Source: Myxococcota bacterium | GTDB lineage: Bacteria; Myxococcota_A; UBA9042; PHBI01; JAWLBL01 | Direction: 5' to 3' | NCBI GenBank assembly: GCA_041687695.1 | Contig: JAWLBL010000012.1 | Span: forward strand, 32,001-96,000 | Length of the DNA stretch: 64,000 nucleotides | Part shown: in pieces, positions 8,727 to 17,410 of the stretch | How positions within the stretch are numbered: position 1 is the first letter of the stretch | How the letters are laid out: each line of letters begins with the position of its first letter | Notes under the pieces: generated by a model | Databases searched by the model: none | Told to the model about the DNA's origin: nothing | Seen by the model: the letters and a program-made list of their open reading frames with translations, nothing else | Translations under genes and position numbers: made by a program

Positions 8727-10805
8727 ATGCGGAGCGCGTGCGGGTGGTCGGCGTCTGAGGGCGCGGTGCGGGCGGCGGCGCTGGTCGGGATCCTCTCCGC
8801 GGCCCTTTGGGCCTGCGGTGACATCACGGTGCCGTCGGGCGGCGGCGGGGACACGGACGCCGACGGCACGGTGAAGTCCTGCCAGTCGAACGACGACTGT
8901 CAGTCGAACAAGAGCTGCCGCATCGGGACGTGCGAGACCGACGGGACGTGCTCGTACGTCATCGTCGGCGGGTCCTGCTACATCGGTCAGAGCTGCTACC
9001 TGGACGGCCAGGAGCAGCCGGGCAACCGCTGCCGGGTGTGCTCGCCGTCGCTGGTGGCGACCGAGTTCGTCAACAAGTCGTGTCCGACCGGGACGGCCTG
9101 CAACCCGGCCAACGGGCAGTGCGAGGGCGGCGGGATCCCCGACGCGACCGGGGACACGGGCGGAGACGCCGGCGGAGACGTCGCGGCGGACGTGACGGTG
9201 GACGTCGAGCCGGACGAGGGCGGGCCCGACGTGTCGCCCGATGTCGCGGACGTCGAGGAGGACGTCGCGGACGTCACGGACGTCGAGGACGTCGAGGACG
9301 CGGACGACGGCGACACGGTGGCTGACGCGGGCGACGCGGGCGACGTCGAGCCCGACGTGCCGGTGCTGACGTGCGCGGACATCCCGCCGGTCGGGTGCTG
9401 CACGGCGGCGGGGAACGTCAAGCGGTGCGTCGGGGGCGAGGTGGTCGAGCAGAGCTGCGACTACGGCCACATCGGTGTGCAGGCGGCTTGCGGGTACGTC
9501 GCCGAGTTCGACTTCGGGGGTTACCAGTGCGTGCCGGCGGCGATGGCAGGGCCGATGCCCGACGCGCCGTACCTGTGCCCGGGCGAGGTGTGCGACGGGT
9601 CGGTGTGCGAGGGCAAGGACTGCGGGTTCGACTGCGGACAGAGCTGCGGGTCGTGTGAGGACGGGCTGCTGTGCGACTGGGGGACGACGACCTGCACCGG
9701 GTGCGGGTGCGACGGCAAGACGTGCGGGAGCGACCCGTGCACGGGGCAGTCGTGCGGGACGTGCGCGAGCGGGACGTGGTGCCCGTACGACACGTGCGTG
9801 CCGTGCACGTGCGACGGCTACGAGTGCGGCACGAACCCGTGCGGGGAGGACTGCGGGACGTGCGGCGAGGGGGCGTTCTGCGAGTTCCTGGGCGTGTCGA
9901 GCATGTGCTTGCCGTGCTCGTGCGAGGGCAAGGCGTGCGGCGACGACGGGTGCGGCAACAGCTGCGGCGAGTGCGGCGAGGGCGAGACGTGCCAGGAGGG
10001 GGCCGGGGGGCCGTCGCAGTGCGTGGCGTGCGAGTGCGCGCCCGGGCAGACCTGCGGGAGTGACAACTGCGGCAACAGCTGCGGCGAGTGCGAGGCGGGG
10101 GCGTTCTGCAACTGGGACGCGGCGGGGGCGCCGCAGTGCGAGGCCTGCTCGTGCGAGGCCAAGGTCTGCGGATACGACCCCTGCGGTCAGCACTGCGGCG
10201 ACTGCCCCGGTGGGATGTGGTGCAACGAGTCGTGGCTGACCTCGGAGTGCCTGCCGTGCTCGTGCGACGGCAAGGAGTGCGGCTACGACCAGTGCGGCAC
10301 CCTGTGCGGCGACTGCGCTGAGGGCGAGTACTGCCAGGACCAGTGGAACGAGGCCACGTGCCAGGCCTGCAGCTGCGACGGCAAGGAGTGCGGCTACGAC
10401 CAGTGCGGCAACGAGTGTGGGCAGTGCCCGAGCGGCAGCCTGTGCGACTGGCAGGGCCTGTGCCAGCCCTGCACACCGTGCGACCAGGTCTGCGGCTACA
10501 ACGAATGCGGCGAGCTCTGCGGCACGCCCTGCCCCGACGGGCAATACTGCAACCAGAACGGCAGCCCCAACCTGTGCCAGGACTGCAGCTGCGCGGGCTT
10601 CAAGTGCGGCTCCGACCCCTGCGGCAACCTCTGCTCGCCCTGCAACGGTGACTGCTGCACCGTCAACGGCTCGGCCGGCTGCAACGACGAGGCCATCACC
10701 GCCTGCGTCTGCAAGGCCGACCCCTACTGCTGCCAGGTCACCTGGGACAACCTCTGCAAGAACGAGGTGACCAGCCTGGGCTGCGGCACCTGCGCGGCGC
10801 AATAG
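8727..10805 (+). CDS. Cys-rich repeat lipoprotein, myxobacterial surface-protein type (about 692 aa)
   Basis: ATG 8727 after a purine-rich RBS; lipobox LWAC; acidic DV/DA linker; many CxCxGKxCGxDxCGxxCGxC repeats; terminal CVCKADPYCCxxxWDxxC module. Confidence 0.85.
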   Translation: MRSACGWSASEGAVRAAALVGILSAALWACGDITVPSGGGGDTDADGTVKSCQSNDDCQSNKSCRIGTCETDGTCSYVIVGGSCYIGQSCYLDGQEQPGNRCRVCSPSLVATEFVNKSCPTGTACNPANGQCEGGGIPDATGDTGGDAGGDVAADVTVDVEPDEGGPDVSPDVADVEEDVADVTDVEDVEDADDGDTVADAGDAGDVEPDVPVLTCADIPPVGCCTAAGNVKRCVGGEVVEQSCDYGHIGVQAACGYVAEFDFGGYQCVPAAMAGPMPDAPYLCPGEVCDGSVCEGKDCGFDCGQSCGSCEDGLLCDWGTTTCTGCGCDGKTCGSDPCTGQSCGTCASGTWCPYDTCVPCTCDGYECGTNPCGEDCGTCGEGAFCEFLGVSSMCLPCSCEGKACGDDGCGNSCGECGEGETCQEGAGGPSQCVACECAPGQTCGSDNCGNSCGECEAGAFCNWDAAGAPQCEACSCEAKVCGYDPCGQHCGDCPGGMWCNESWLTSECLPCSCDGKECGYDQCGTLCGDCAEGEYCQDQWNEATCQACSCDGKECGYDQCGNECGQCPSGSLCDWQGLCQPCTPCDQVCGYNECGELCGTPCPDGQYCNQNGSPNLCQDCSCAGFKCGSDPCGNLCSPCNGDCCTVNGSAGCNDEAITACVCKADPYCCQVTWDNLCKNEVTSLGCGTCAAQ

Positions 10806-10815
10806 CCGAAACGAT

Positions 10816-10858
10816 GGGGCCGGAGCGAGCGTGCGCTGTGCCCGCTCGCTCCGGCCCC
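10816..10858. terminator. 16-bp perfect hairpin between convergent genes, likely bidirectional terminator
   Basis: GGGGCCGGAGCGAGCG (10816-10831) pairs with CGCTCGCTCCGGCCCC (10843-10858); no U-tract. Confidence 0.6.
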
Positions 10859-10898
10859 GTCCCTCGATGAGACGAACCCAGGCCTGAGGGACGTCGGA

Positions 10899-12245
10899 CT
10901 ACTCGGTGGGCGGCAGCAAGACCGCGTCGATGACGTGGATGATGCCGTTGGAGGCCTCGACGTCGGCCGTCACCACCGTGGCGTCGTTGATCATCACCGT
11001 GCCGTTGGAGACGGTGATGGCGACCGTCTCGCCCTGCACGGTCGTCAGCTCGGCCAGGGTCACGATCTCGCTCGACGGCACCGAGTCGGCGACGACGTGG
11101 TACAGCAGGACCTCCCCGAGCGCGTCGGGATCGGCCAGCAGCGCGTCGAGCGCGCCCTCGGGCAGCGCGTCGAAGGCCGCATCGGTCGGCGCGAACACCG
11201 TGAACGGCCCGTCGCCCGACAGCGTCGCCGTCAGGCCCGCCGCCTCGACGGCCGCCAGCAGCGTCGTGAAGTCGCCCGCCGCCGTCGCCACCTCGATGAT
11301 GGTGCCGGGCCCGGGCTCGGGCGGCAGCAGCACCGCGTCGATGACGTGGATGATGCCGTTGGAGGCCTCGACGTCGGCCGTCACCACCGTGGCGTCGTTG
11401 ATCATCACCGTGCCGTTGGAGACGGTGATCGCGACCGTGTCGCCCTGCACGGTCGTCAGCTCGGCCAGCGTCACGATCTCGCTCGACGGCACCGCGCGGG
11501 CGACGACGTGGTAGAGCAGGACCTCCTCTAGCGCGTCGGGGTCGGCCAGCAGCGCGTCCAGCGCGCCCTCGGGCAGCGCGTCGAAGGCCGCGTCGGTCGG
11601 CGCGAACACCGTGAACGGCCCGTCGCCCGACAGCGTCGCCGTCAGGCCCGCCGCCTCGACGGCCGCCAGCAGCGTCGTGAAGTCGCCCGCCGCCGTCGCC
11701 ACCTCGATGATGGTGCCGGGCCCGGGCTCGGGCGGCAGCAGCACCGCGTCGATGACGTGGATGATGCCGTTGGAGGCCTCGACGTCGGCCGTCACCACCG
11801 TGGCGTCGTTGATCATCACCGTGCCGTTGGAGACGGTGATCGCGACCGTGTCGCCCTGCACGGTCGTCAGCTCGGCCAGCGTCACGATCTCGCTCGACGG
11901 CACCGCGCGGGCGACGACGTGGTAGAGCAGGACCTCCTCTAGCGCGTCGGGGTCGGCCAGCAGCGCGTCCAGCGCGCCCTCGGGCAGCGCGTCGAAGGCC
12001 GCGTCGGTCGGCGCGAACACCGTGAACGGCCCCGCGCCCGTCAGCGTGGCGTTCAGCCCAGCCGCCTCGATGGCCGCCAACAACGTCTCGAAGCGTCCGT
12101 CGGCCTCGGCGACCTCGAGGATGTTGCCTGGTCCGGTCGGTTTCACTTCACCGTCGTCGTCGTCGCAGCCCGCCCCGACGGCGGCCAACATCCCGAGACC
12201 GAGCGCGACGCACGCCCAGCGGCCCATGAGCCCAAGTCGAATCAT
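10899..12245 (-). CDS. Lipoprotein with three fasciclin (FAS1) domains (448 aa)
   Basis: ATG 12245 after AGGAG; lipobox GAGC; three copies of GPFTVFAPTDAAF...LLYHVV...SNGIIHVIDAVLLP. Confidence 0.93.
   Translation of the reverse strand: MIRLGLMGRWACVALGLGMLAAVGAGCDDDDGEVKPTGPGNILEVAEADGRFETLLAAIEAAGLNATLTGAGPFTVFAPTDAAFDALPEGALDALLADPDALEEVLLYHVVARAVPSSEIVTLAELTTVQGDTVAITVSNGTVMINDATVVTADVEASNGIIHVIDAVLLPPEPGPGTIIEVATAAGDFTTLLAAVEAAGLTATLSGDGPFTVFAPTDAAFDALPEGALDALLADPDALEEVLLYHVVARAVPSSEIVTLAELTTVQGDTVAITVSNGTVMINDATVVTADVEASNGIIHVIDAVLLPPEPGPGTIIEVATAAGDFTTLLAAVEAAGLTATLSGDGPFTVFAPTDAAFDALPEGALDALLADPDALGEVLLYHVVADSVPSSEIVTLAELTTVQGETVAITVSNGTVMINDATVVTADVEASNGIIHVIDAVLLPPTE
10909..12125. 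repeat. Intragenic 411-bp tandem repeat, three copies (fasciclin domains)
   Basis: CGGCAGCA..ACCGCGTCGATGACG recurs at 10911, 11322 and 11733 with near nucleotide identity. Confidence 0.92.
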
Positions 12246-12459
12246 CTCGCCTCTCCTATCGGTGTCGTCGGCCTGTAGGGGCCAATCGTGGTGTGCAGCG
12301 GACGGTAGGTGCCTGCCAGACGACGTGTCAACATTCTGAACCGATATACCCTGTTCACAATCTGAATACACCGCCGCTAGGATCGGGAAGTGCTGGACTT
12401 CTGAACCGCTAGTGACCAGATTCCGAGCACCCGGACGCCCGCGAGAGGAGCCCTGGACC

Positions 12460-13401
12460 ATGCCGCCAAGCGACGGCCGCTTTCCGATGCGCGTGGTCAC
12501 GCGCCAGACCGGACTGCCGGCCGACACCATCCGAACCTGGGAGCGCCGCTACGGCGCCGTGGAGCCCGACCGCACGGAGGGTCAGACGCGGCGCTACTCG
12601 TCGGCCGAAATTCGTCGTCTCCTGCTTCTAAAGGCGGCCGTGGGTCAGGGTCACGCCATCGGCGCCATTGCGCAGCTGCCGGACGACGAGCTCGAGGCCC
12701 TCGCCGCCGCGGGCGCAGCTCCTCAGATACCCGCGACGACCACTCCCCTCGCGGTCGACGGCGGCCCGGCCGACCCGCTCGCGCCCCTGCGCGAGCACTA
12801 CCTGGACGCCGTCGCCCGCTTCGCCCCGCGAGAGGCCATGGATCTGCTGGCCCGCGCCGCCGCCCTGGTCCCCGCCCGCGACTTCGCCCTGCACGTGGCC
12901 GCGCCCGTCCTGGCCGCCGTGGGCCACCGCTGGGCCCACCAGGAGCTCGGCGTCGCCCAGGAGCACCTGGTCAGCGCCCAGCTCCGCGACCTGCTGGCCA
13001 CCCTGACCCGCCACCTCCCCACCGACCGCGGCGCCCCGCGCGTCCTGGTGGCGACCCCTGCGGGTCAACGGCACGACTTCGGCGCCCTCATCGGCGCGAT
13101 GCTGGTCGCCGCCCGCGGGCTCGAGCCCATCTTCCTGGGCGCCGACCTGCCGCTCGCCGACCTGCGCTGGGCCGCGCGCATGAGCCGCGCGTCGCTGACC
13201 CTGCTGTCGGTCGTCACCGACCTCGAGGGGCCCGCCGCGGAGGACACGCGCCGGACGATCGAGGCCCTGGCCGAGGAGACCCCGGTGTGGGTCGGCCTGG
13301 CCGAGGGACACGCCCTGACCCGCGCCCCGAGCCGCGCCCGCTGGTTCCACCGCTTCGAGGACCTCGATCTGGCGCTCGCCGACTTCCGTCCCAACCGCTG
13401 A
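12460..13401 (+). CDS. MerR-family regulator with B12-binding domains (CarH/CarA/LitR-type photoreceptor repressor)
   Basis: MerR HTH (TIRTWERRYG, RRYS); exact W-x9-EH motif (WAHQELGVAQEH); QxHxxG (GQRHDFG) and LGADLP cobalamin-binding motifs. Confidence 0.88.
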   Translation: MPPSDGRFPMRVVTRQTGLPADTIRTWERRYGAVEPDRTEGQTRRYSSAEIRRLLLLKAAVGQGHAIGAIAQLPDDELEALAAAGAAPQIPATTTPLAVDGGPADPLAPLREHYLDAVARFAPREAMDLLARAAALVPARDFALHVAAPVLAAVGHRWAHQELGVAQEHLVSAQLRDLLATLTRHLPTDRGAPRVLVATPAGQRHDFGALIGAMLVAARGLEPIFLGADLPLADLRWAARMSRASLTLLSVVTDLEGPAAEDTRRTIEALAEETPVWVGLAEGHALTRAPSRARWFHRFEDLDLALADFRPNR

Positions 13402-13417
13402 GTCGCGGCAGCCGCGG

Positions 13418-14220
13418 TCAGGCGGCGGCGGGGAGGGGCTCGGCGGGGGCGGAGGCGAGGCGGCGGGCGACGAGGCGGCGGACGAAGTGGGCGCCGGCGA
13501 GGAGGAGGGCGCCGAGGGCGACCAGGGCGAGGTCGGTCCAGAAGAGGTAGGGGTTGCCGGTGGGCGCGAGGGGGAGGCGGGCGTTGAGGGCGCCGTCGAG
13601 GGCGGGGAGCAGGAGGAAGGTGAGGCCGGACAAGGCCAGCAGGTGGACCGCCGAGGCCGTGGCGCGCGGGAAGACGAGGGCGTAGCCGACGGAGGCGAGC
13701 CAGGCGCCCCAGAAGACGCGCTGCTCCCACGCGACGCGGTCGGCGAGGGCCTCGGGCAGGAGCTGGTTGGCGAGGAAGATGGCGGCGAGGGCCGCGGCGG
13801 CGCCGGCGCAGCCGCCCGAGGTGAGGCGGGCGATGAAGACGTCGACGCGGCGGCGGTTGCGGGCGCGGCGTTCGAGCCAGATCAGGTTGCCCGAGAGGAT
13901 GGTGAGCGCGCCGAAGAGGGCGAGCAGGGCGTAGAGGAGGCGGACGCCGTAGCCGCCGTACAGGCCCGAGTGCAGGAGGTAGGCCGCCTCGAGGGTCTTG
14001 GAGGTCGCGCCCGGGCCGCCGGGCTGGCCGACGTGGAGGAGCGCGCCGTCGCGGGCTGCGCGGACGCTGGCGAAGTGGTGCAGGCCGTCGTGCGCCCAGC
14101 CGCGGACGTCGATCCAGGCGGCCGCGTCGCCGGCGTGGTGGGCCGACAGGCGGTAGTGCAGCGCGTCCGGCAGAACCTGGCGCGCGGTGGCGAGGGCTGC
14201 GGCCGGATCGGGCGGCGGGG
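13418..14220 (-). pseudogene. C-terminal half of a PepSY-associated TM helix protein; 5' half deleted
   Basis: YLLHSGLYGGYGVRLLYALLALFGALTILSGNLIWLERR is typical of the second half of PepSY-TM proteins. The same frame upstream of about 14220 is shadow sequence of another gene and has no proper start. Confidence 0.7.
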
Positions 14221-14429
14221 CGGGCGCCCGAGCGGGCGAGCAGCGCCAGGCAGGGGGCGGTGGCCAGGGCGGGGACCGCGAGGAGCACGCCGACGAGGTA
14301 GCGGAGGTCGCCCGAGGCGGGCAGGAGCGCCGGCAGGGCGATCGCGACGAGCAGCGCGGCGAGCGGGGCGCCGAGGACGGTGGCGGTGATGCGGCCGAGG
14401 CCGTGGCGGTGGTCACGGGCGCCGCTCAC
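14221..14429 (-). pseudogene. Small membrane protein (DUF3649-like, iron-uptake associated), 3'-truncated
   Basis: GTG 14429 overlaps the upstream TGA. GRITATVLGAPLAALLVAIALPALLP...LVGVLLAVPALATAPCLALLARSG is followed by a loss of coding character at about 14220. Confidence 0.55.
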
Positions 14430-14761
14430 GGCAGGGCCTCGAGCAGGCCGAAGAGGCCCCCGACGGCGCACAGGGCGCGAGGACGAAGGGGGGGGCGGCG
14501 GGCGAGCGGGGTCAGGACGGCCATGGCCGACACGGCGCCGGTGAAATGGCCGATGGCGGCGGTGACGGCGGCGCCCCACGGCCCCGCGGCGATCGCGAGC
14601 CCGAGGACGGCGGCGGCGAGCGCCCAACCGGCGAGGGACAGCTGGCGGGCGCCAGGCGGCTGGCCTCCGCGGAGATCGCGTCGCCGCAGCCAGGCTCCGT
14701 ACAGCAGCGCGGCGGCGATCCAGAGCAGCAGTGGGGCGAGCGCGATCCTCGGCGCGACCAT
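14426..14761 (-). CDS. Small integral membrane protein (DUF3325-like, PepSY/iron-uptake associated)
   Basis: About 111 aa, 3-4 hydrophobic helices, first gene of the PepSY-type operon; family inferred from context. Confidence 0.6.
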   Translation of the reverse strand: MVAPRIALAPLLLWIAAALLYGAWLRRRDLRGGQPPGARQLSLAGWALAAAVLGLAIAAGPWGAAVTAAIGHFTGAVSAMAVLTPLARRPPLRPRALCAVGGLFGLLEALP

Positions 14762-14782
14762 GTTGAACTCCATTCTCAACAT
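14760..14782. promoter_or_regulatory. Fur-box-like inverted repeat
   Basis: ATGTTGA-ACTCCATTC-TCAACAT; minus strand reads TTGAGAATGGAGTTCAA. AT-rich island directly at the start of the PepSY-type operon. Confidence 0.55.
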
Positions 14783-14886
14783 CAACCAAGATCCCTGCGA
14801 CCGCTGGGCGTCCCGACGCGCAGGCGCGTCCGGACGGGCCGCGCGCGGCTTGTGGAGCGGCGCGGACGCGTGCCAGGCTGCGCCCC

Positions 14887-16137
14887 ATGGCCCACCTCCC
14901 CTCTCCCGAGCGCCAGGAGCTCCTCCTGACGCGACTCGCGACCCTGATCCGCCAGCGCGGCTGCGGCCCGTGGGTCAACGCGCCGCTGCTGACCCCGGAC
15001 GACCGGTGGTTCCCGGACCGCTGGACGCCCGACGCGGCGGGCGCGCGCGTGGTCTTGCGGCGCCTGATGCGCTACGCCGGCCTCGACCGCCTCGACCTGC
15101 ACCTGCAGGTCGTCCAGCGCCGAGGCAAGGTCCAGGCCCTCGACGCCTACGGCCGCCCCAGCCAGACCTGGCACTCGGGCGCCATCGGCTGGTTCGCCGG
15201 CATCGACGAGCTCGGCAAGTGCCACTTCGGGCTCGACGCTTCCCAGGTCGTCGACCCCGAGGCCCTCGTCGGCACGCTGGCCCACGAGGTCGCCCACGCC
15301 TACCGCCGCCACCACGCCCTCGAGGCGCCCGATCAGGGCGTCGAAGAGGAGCTGACCGACCTCACCACCGTCTTCTTGGGCTTCGGCCTCTTCACGACCA
15401 ACGGCAGCTACCGCTACCGCGCCAGCGGCCTGGACGGCGACGCGCTCGCGGGCGTGCAGTGGAGCCACCAGCAGGCCGGCTACCTGCCCCCCGAGGAGTT
15501 CTCGTTCCTGCTGGCCGCGCAGACCGTCTCGCGCGACGCGGCCCCCGCCCAGGTCAAGGCGCTCGCCGCCTCGCTCGAGCCCAACCAGCGCGCCTTCTTC
15601 AAGACGGCCCGCAAGCACCTGGGCCGCGACCGCCAGGCCCTGCGCGACCGGCTGGGCGTCCCGCCGCGCGACGCCTGGCCGCCCCCGCCCGATCTCGCGC
15701 GCCTGACCCGGCCGCAGGAGAGCAGCGAGCCCGCCCGCCCCGCTCCAACAAGCGCGCGGCCGGCCATCAACCAGGGCATGCCGGTCTTCCGCGTGCCGAC
15801 GCATCGCGGGGACGTCATCGGTCCGTTCGGGGCCGTGGCCGGGCTGGTCGCGGCGCTGGTCGCAGGCCTGGGCGGCCTCGCCGCGCTGGCCGTCATCGGC
15901 GCGAGCTGGCTCGGCGCCCGCGGGGCGGGGCGCGCGCTGACGCTGCGCGACGAGTGCTCGGATCCCGACTGCGCCGAGGTCATCCCGGCCGGCGCCGAGG
16001 TGTGCCCGGCGTGTGGCGGGTTGGTCGCCGGGAGCATCCGGTCGCGCAACGACCGCCTCGAGGCCGAAGAGGACTGGCTCGCGCGCCAGGGGCCGGCGAT
16101 CGAGCTCGAGGCGCGCTCGGAAGACGTCGTGGGCTGA
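14887..16137 (+). CDS. Hypothetical protein with HExxH metallopeptidase-like motif, TM hairpin and C-terminal Zn ribbon
   Basis: LAHEVAH followed by EELTD; two hydrophobic helices; CSDPDC...CPACG. Confidence 0.7.
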   Translation: MAHLPSPERQELLLTRLATLIRQRGCGPWVNAPLLTPDDRWFPDRWTPDAAGARVVLRRLMRYAGLDRLDLHLQVVQRRGKVQALDAYGRPSQTWHSGAIGWFAGIDELGKCHFGLDASQVVDPEALVGTLAHEVAHAYRRHHALEAPDQGVEEELTDLTTVFLGFGLFTTNGSYRYRASGLDGDALAGVQWSHQQAGYLPPEEFSFLLAAQTVSRDAAPAQVKALAASLEPNQRAFFKTARKHLGRDRQALRDRLGVPPRDAWPPPPDLARLTRPQESSEPARPAPTSARPAINQGMPVFRVPTHRGDVIGPFGAVAGLVAALVAGLGGLAALAVIGASWLGARGAGRALTLRDECSDPDCAEVIPAGAEVCPACGGLVAGSIRSRNDRLEAEEDWLARQGPAIELEARSEDVVG

Positions 16138-16153
16138 GCGGGGGCTGAGCGGG

Positions 16154-17362
16154 TCAGCCGCCGGCGGGGGTCTCGCGGGCGGTCAGGCGGTCGATGAGGA
16201 CCTCGGACAGGCGCCACAGAAGGCGCGTGCCCAGGCGCGGGTGCTGCGCGATGAGCGCCTGGAAGTCGATGTCGCTCATGGACAGGATCTGGCACTCGGT
16301 CAGCGTCGTCACCGTGGCGCTGCGCGGGCGCTGCGAGACCAGGGCCATCTCGCCGAAGTGGGCGCCCTCGCCGAGGCGGTTGATCTCGCGGCCGTTCTGG
16401 ACGACCGCGACCTGCCCGTCGAGCACGATGTACAGGCGGTCGCCCGGCTCGCCCTGGGTCAGGATCGTCTCGCCGGGCGGCAGCGACGAGGCGCGCAGCT
16501 TGGCGACCACCAGCGAGATCTCGGCCAGCGACAGCGACTCGAACAGCCACACGCGGTTCAGGGTCGCGAGCTTGCGCAGCGTCATCCGGTCGCGGGCCTG
16601 CTCGGCCGGGCGGACGTCCTTGGGGTGCTCGACCGTGACGACGACGGCCGTCACGTTGTCGCGGGTGCCGCTGGCGATGGCGAGGGCGATGAGCGCCTCG
16701 GGCGGGGCGCCGGCCTCGAGGCGGGCCTTCAGCTCGGGGAGGGCGTCGCCCTTGCCGATGAGCCCGTCGGAGCACACGAGCAGCCGGTCGCCGTCGATGA
16801 GGTCGATGACCAGGGTGTCCACCTCGACCGAGGGCTGGGTGCCGACGGCGCGCGTCAGCTGGTGGCCGAGCGACGGGTTCAGCTTGTCGCGCGGCAGCCC
16901 CTGGCGCACCAGCTCCTCGAGCACGGTGTGGTCGCGCGTCAGCTGGTGCAGCTCGCCCCGCCGCGACAGGTACACGCGGCTGTCGCCCACGTGCCCGACC
17001 GCCGCGACGCGCCCCTGCACCAGCACCAGGCTCATCGTGCAGCCCATCCCGGCCCGGCCCTGCCCGTCGCGCGCCATGCGGTAGACGGCCCCCGCCGCCT
17101 CGGTCACCGCCGTCCGCACCAGCTCCATCAGCCGCGCGCGCCCCGCCGGCCCATCGTCCAGCCCCGCCAGCTCGGCCGCGCGCCCCCGGACGAAGGCCTG
17201 CACCGCCTGCGCCGCCGCCTGCGAGGCCACCTCGCCCGCCGCGTGCCCGCCCATCCCGTCGCACACGACGTACAGGCGCAGCCCCTCGTCGATGACGTAG
17301 TAGTCCTCGTTGTGCGGCCGGACCGGCCCGACGTCGGTGGCGCCCACGCCGCGTGTCTTCAT
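16154..17362 (-). CDS. PP2C/Stp1 Ser/Thr phosphatase with C-terminal cyclic nucleotide-binding domain
   Basis: RPHNED, CDGMGGHAAGEVAS, HVGDSR, QLTRDH, CSDGL, RDNVT; cNMP motif FGEMAL...RSATV. Confidence 0.93.
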   Translation of the reverse strand: MKTRGVGATDVGPVRPHNEDYYVIDEGLRLYVVCDGMGGHAAGEVASQAAAQAVQAFVRGRAAELAGLDDGPAGRARLMELVRTAVTEAAGAVYRMARDGQGRAGMGCTMSLVLVQGRVAAVGHVGDSRVYLSRRGELHQLTRDHTVLEELVRQGLPRDKLNPSLGHQLTRAVGTQPSVEVDTLVIDLIDGDRLLVCSDGLIGKGDALPELKARLEAGAPPEALIALAIASGTRDNVTAVVVTVEHPKDVRPAEQARDRMTLRKLATLNRVWLFESLSLAEISLVVAKLRASSLPPGETILTQGEPGDRLYIVLDGQVAVVQNGREINRLGEGAHFGEMALVSQRPRSATVTTLTECQILSMSDIDFQALIAQHPRLGTRLLWRLSEVLIDRLTARETPAGG

Positions 17363-17410
17363 CGCGTCTCTCCCAAGTGGCGTCGCGAGCCTAGCACGCC
17401 GCCGCCGGCG

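Noticed and set aside
6381..10802. 1473-aa PhoD fusion (likewise 1288..4476, 4501..8373, 29444..32095, 34865..37213 and 48696..51824 at full length)
   Set aside because: The upstream parts overlap other real genes; true starts are internal, with RBS or stop/start overlaps as annotated
8727..10805. Cys-rich protein as RiPP precursor for the radical SAM enzymes, or as a multiheme cytochrome
   Set aside because: It is a large exported lipoprotein 34 kb from the rSAM genes, with disulfide-type repeats and no CxxCH motifs
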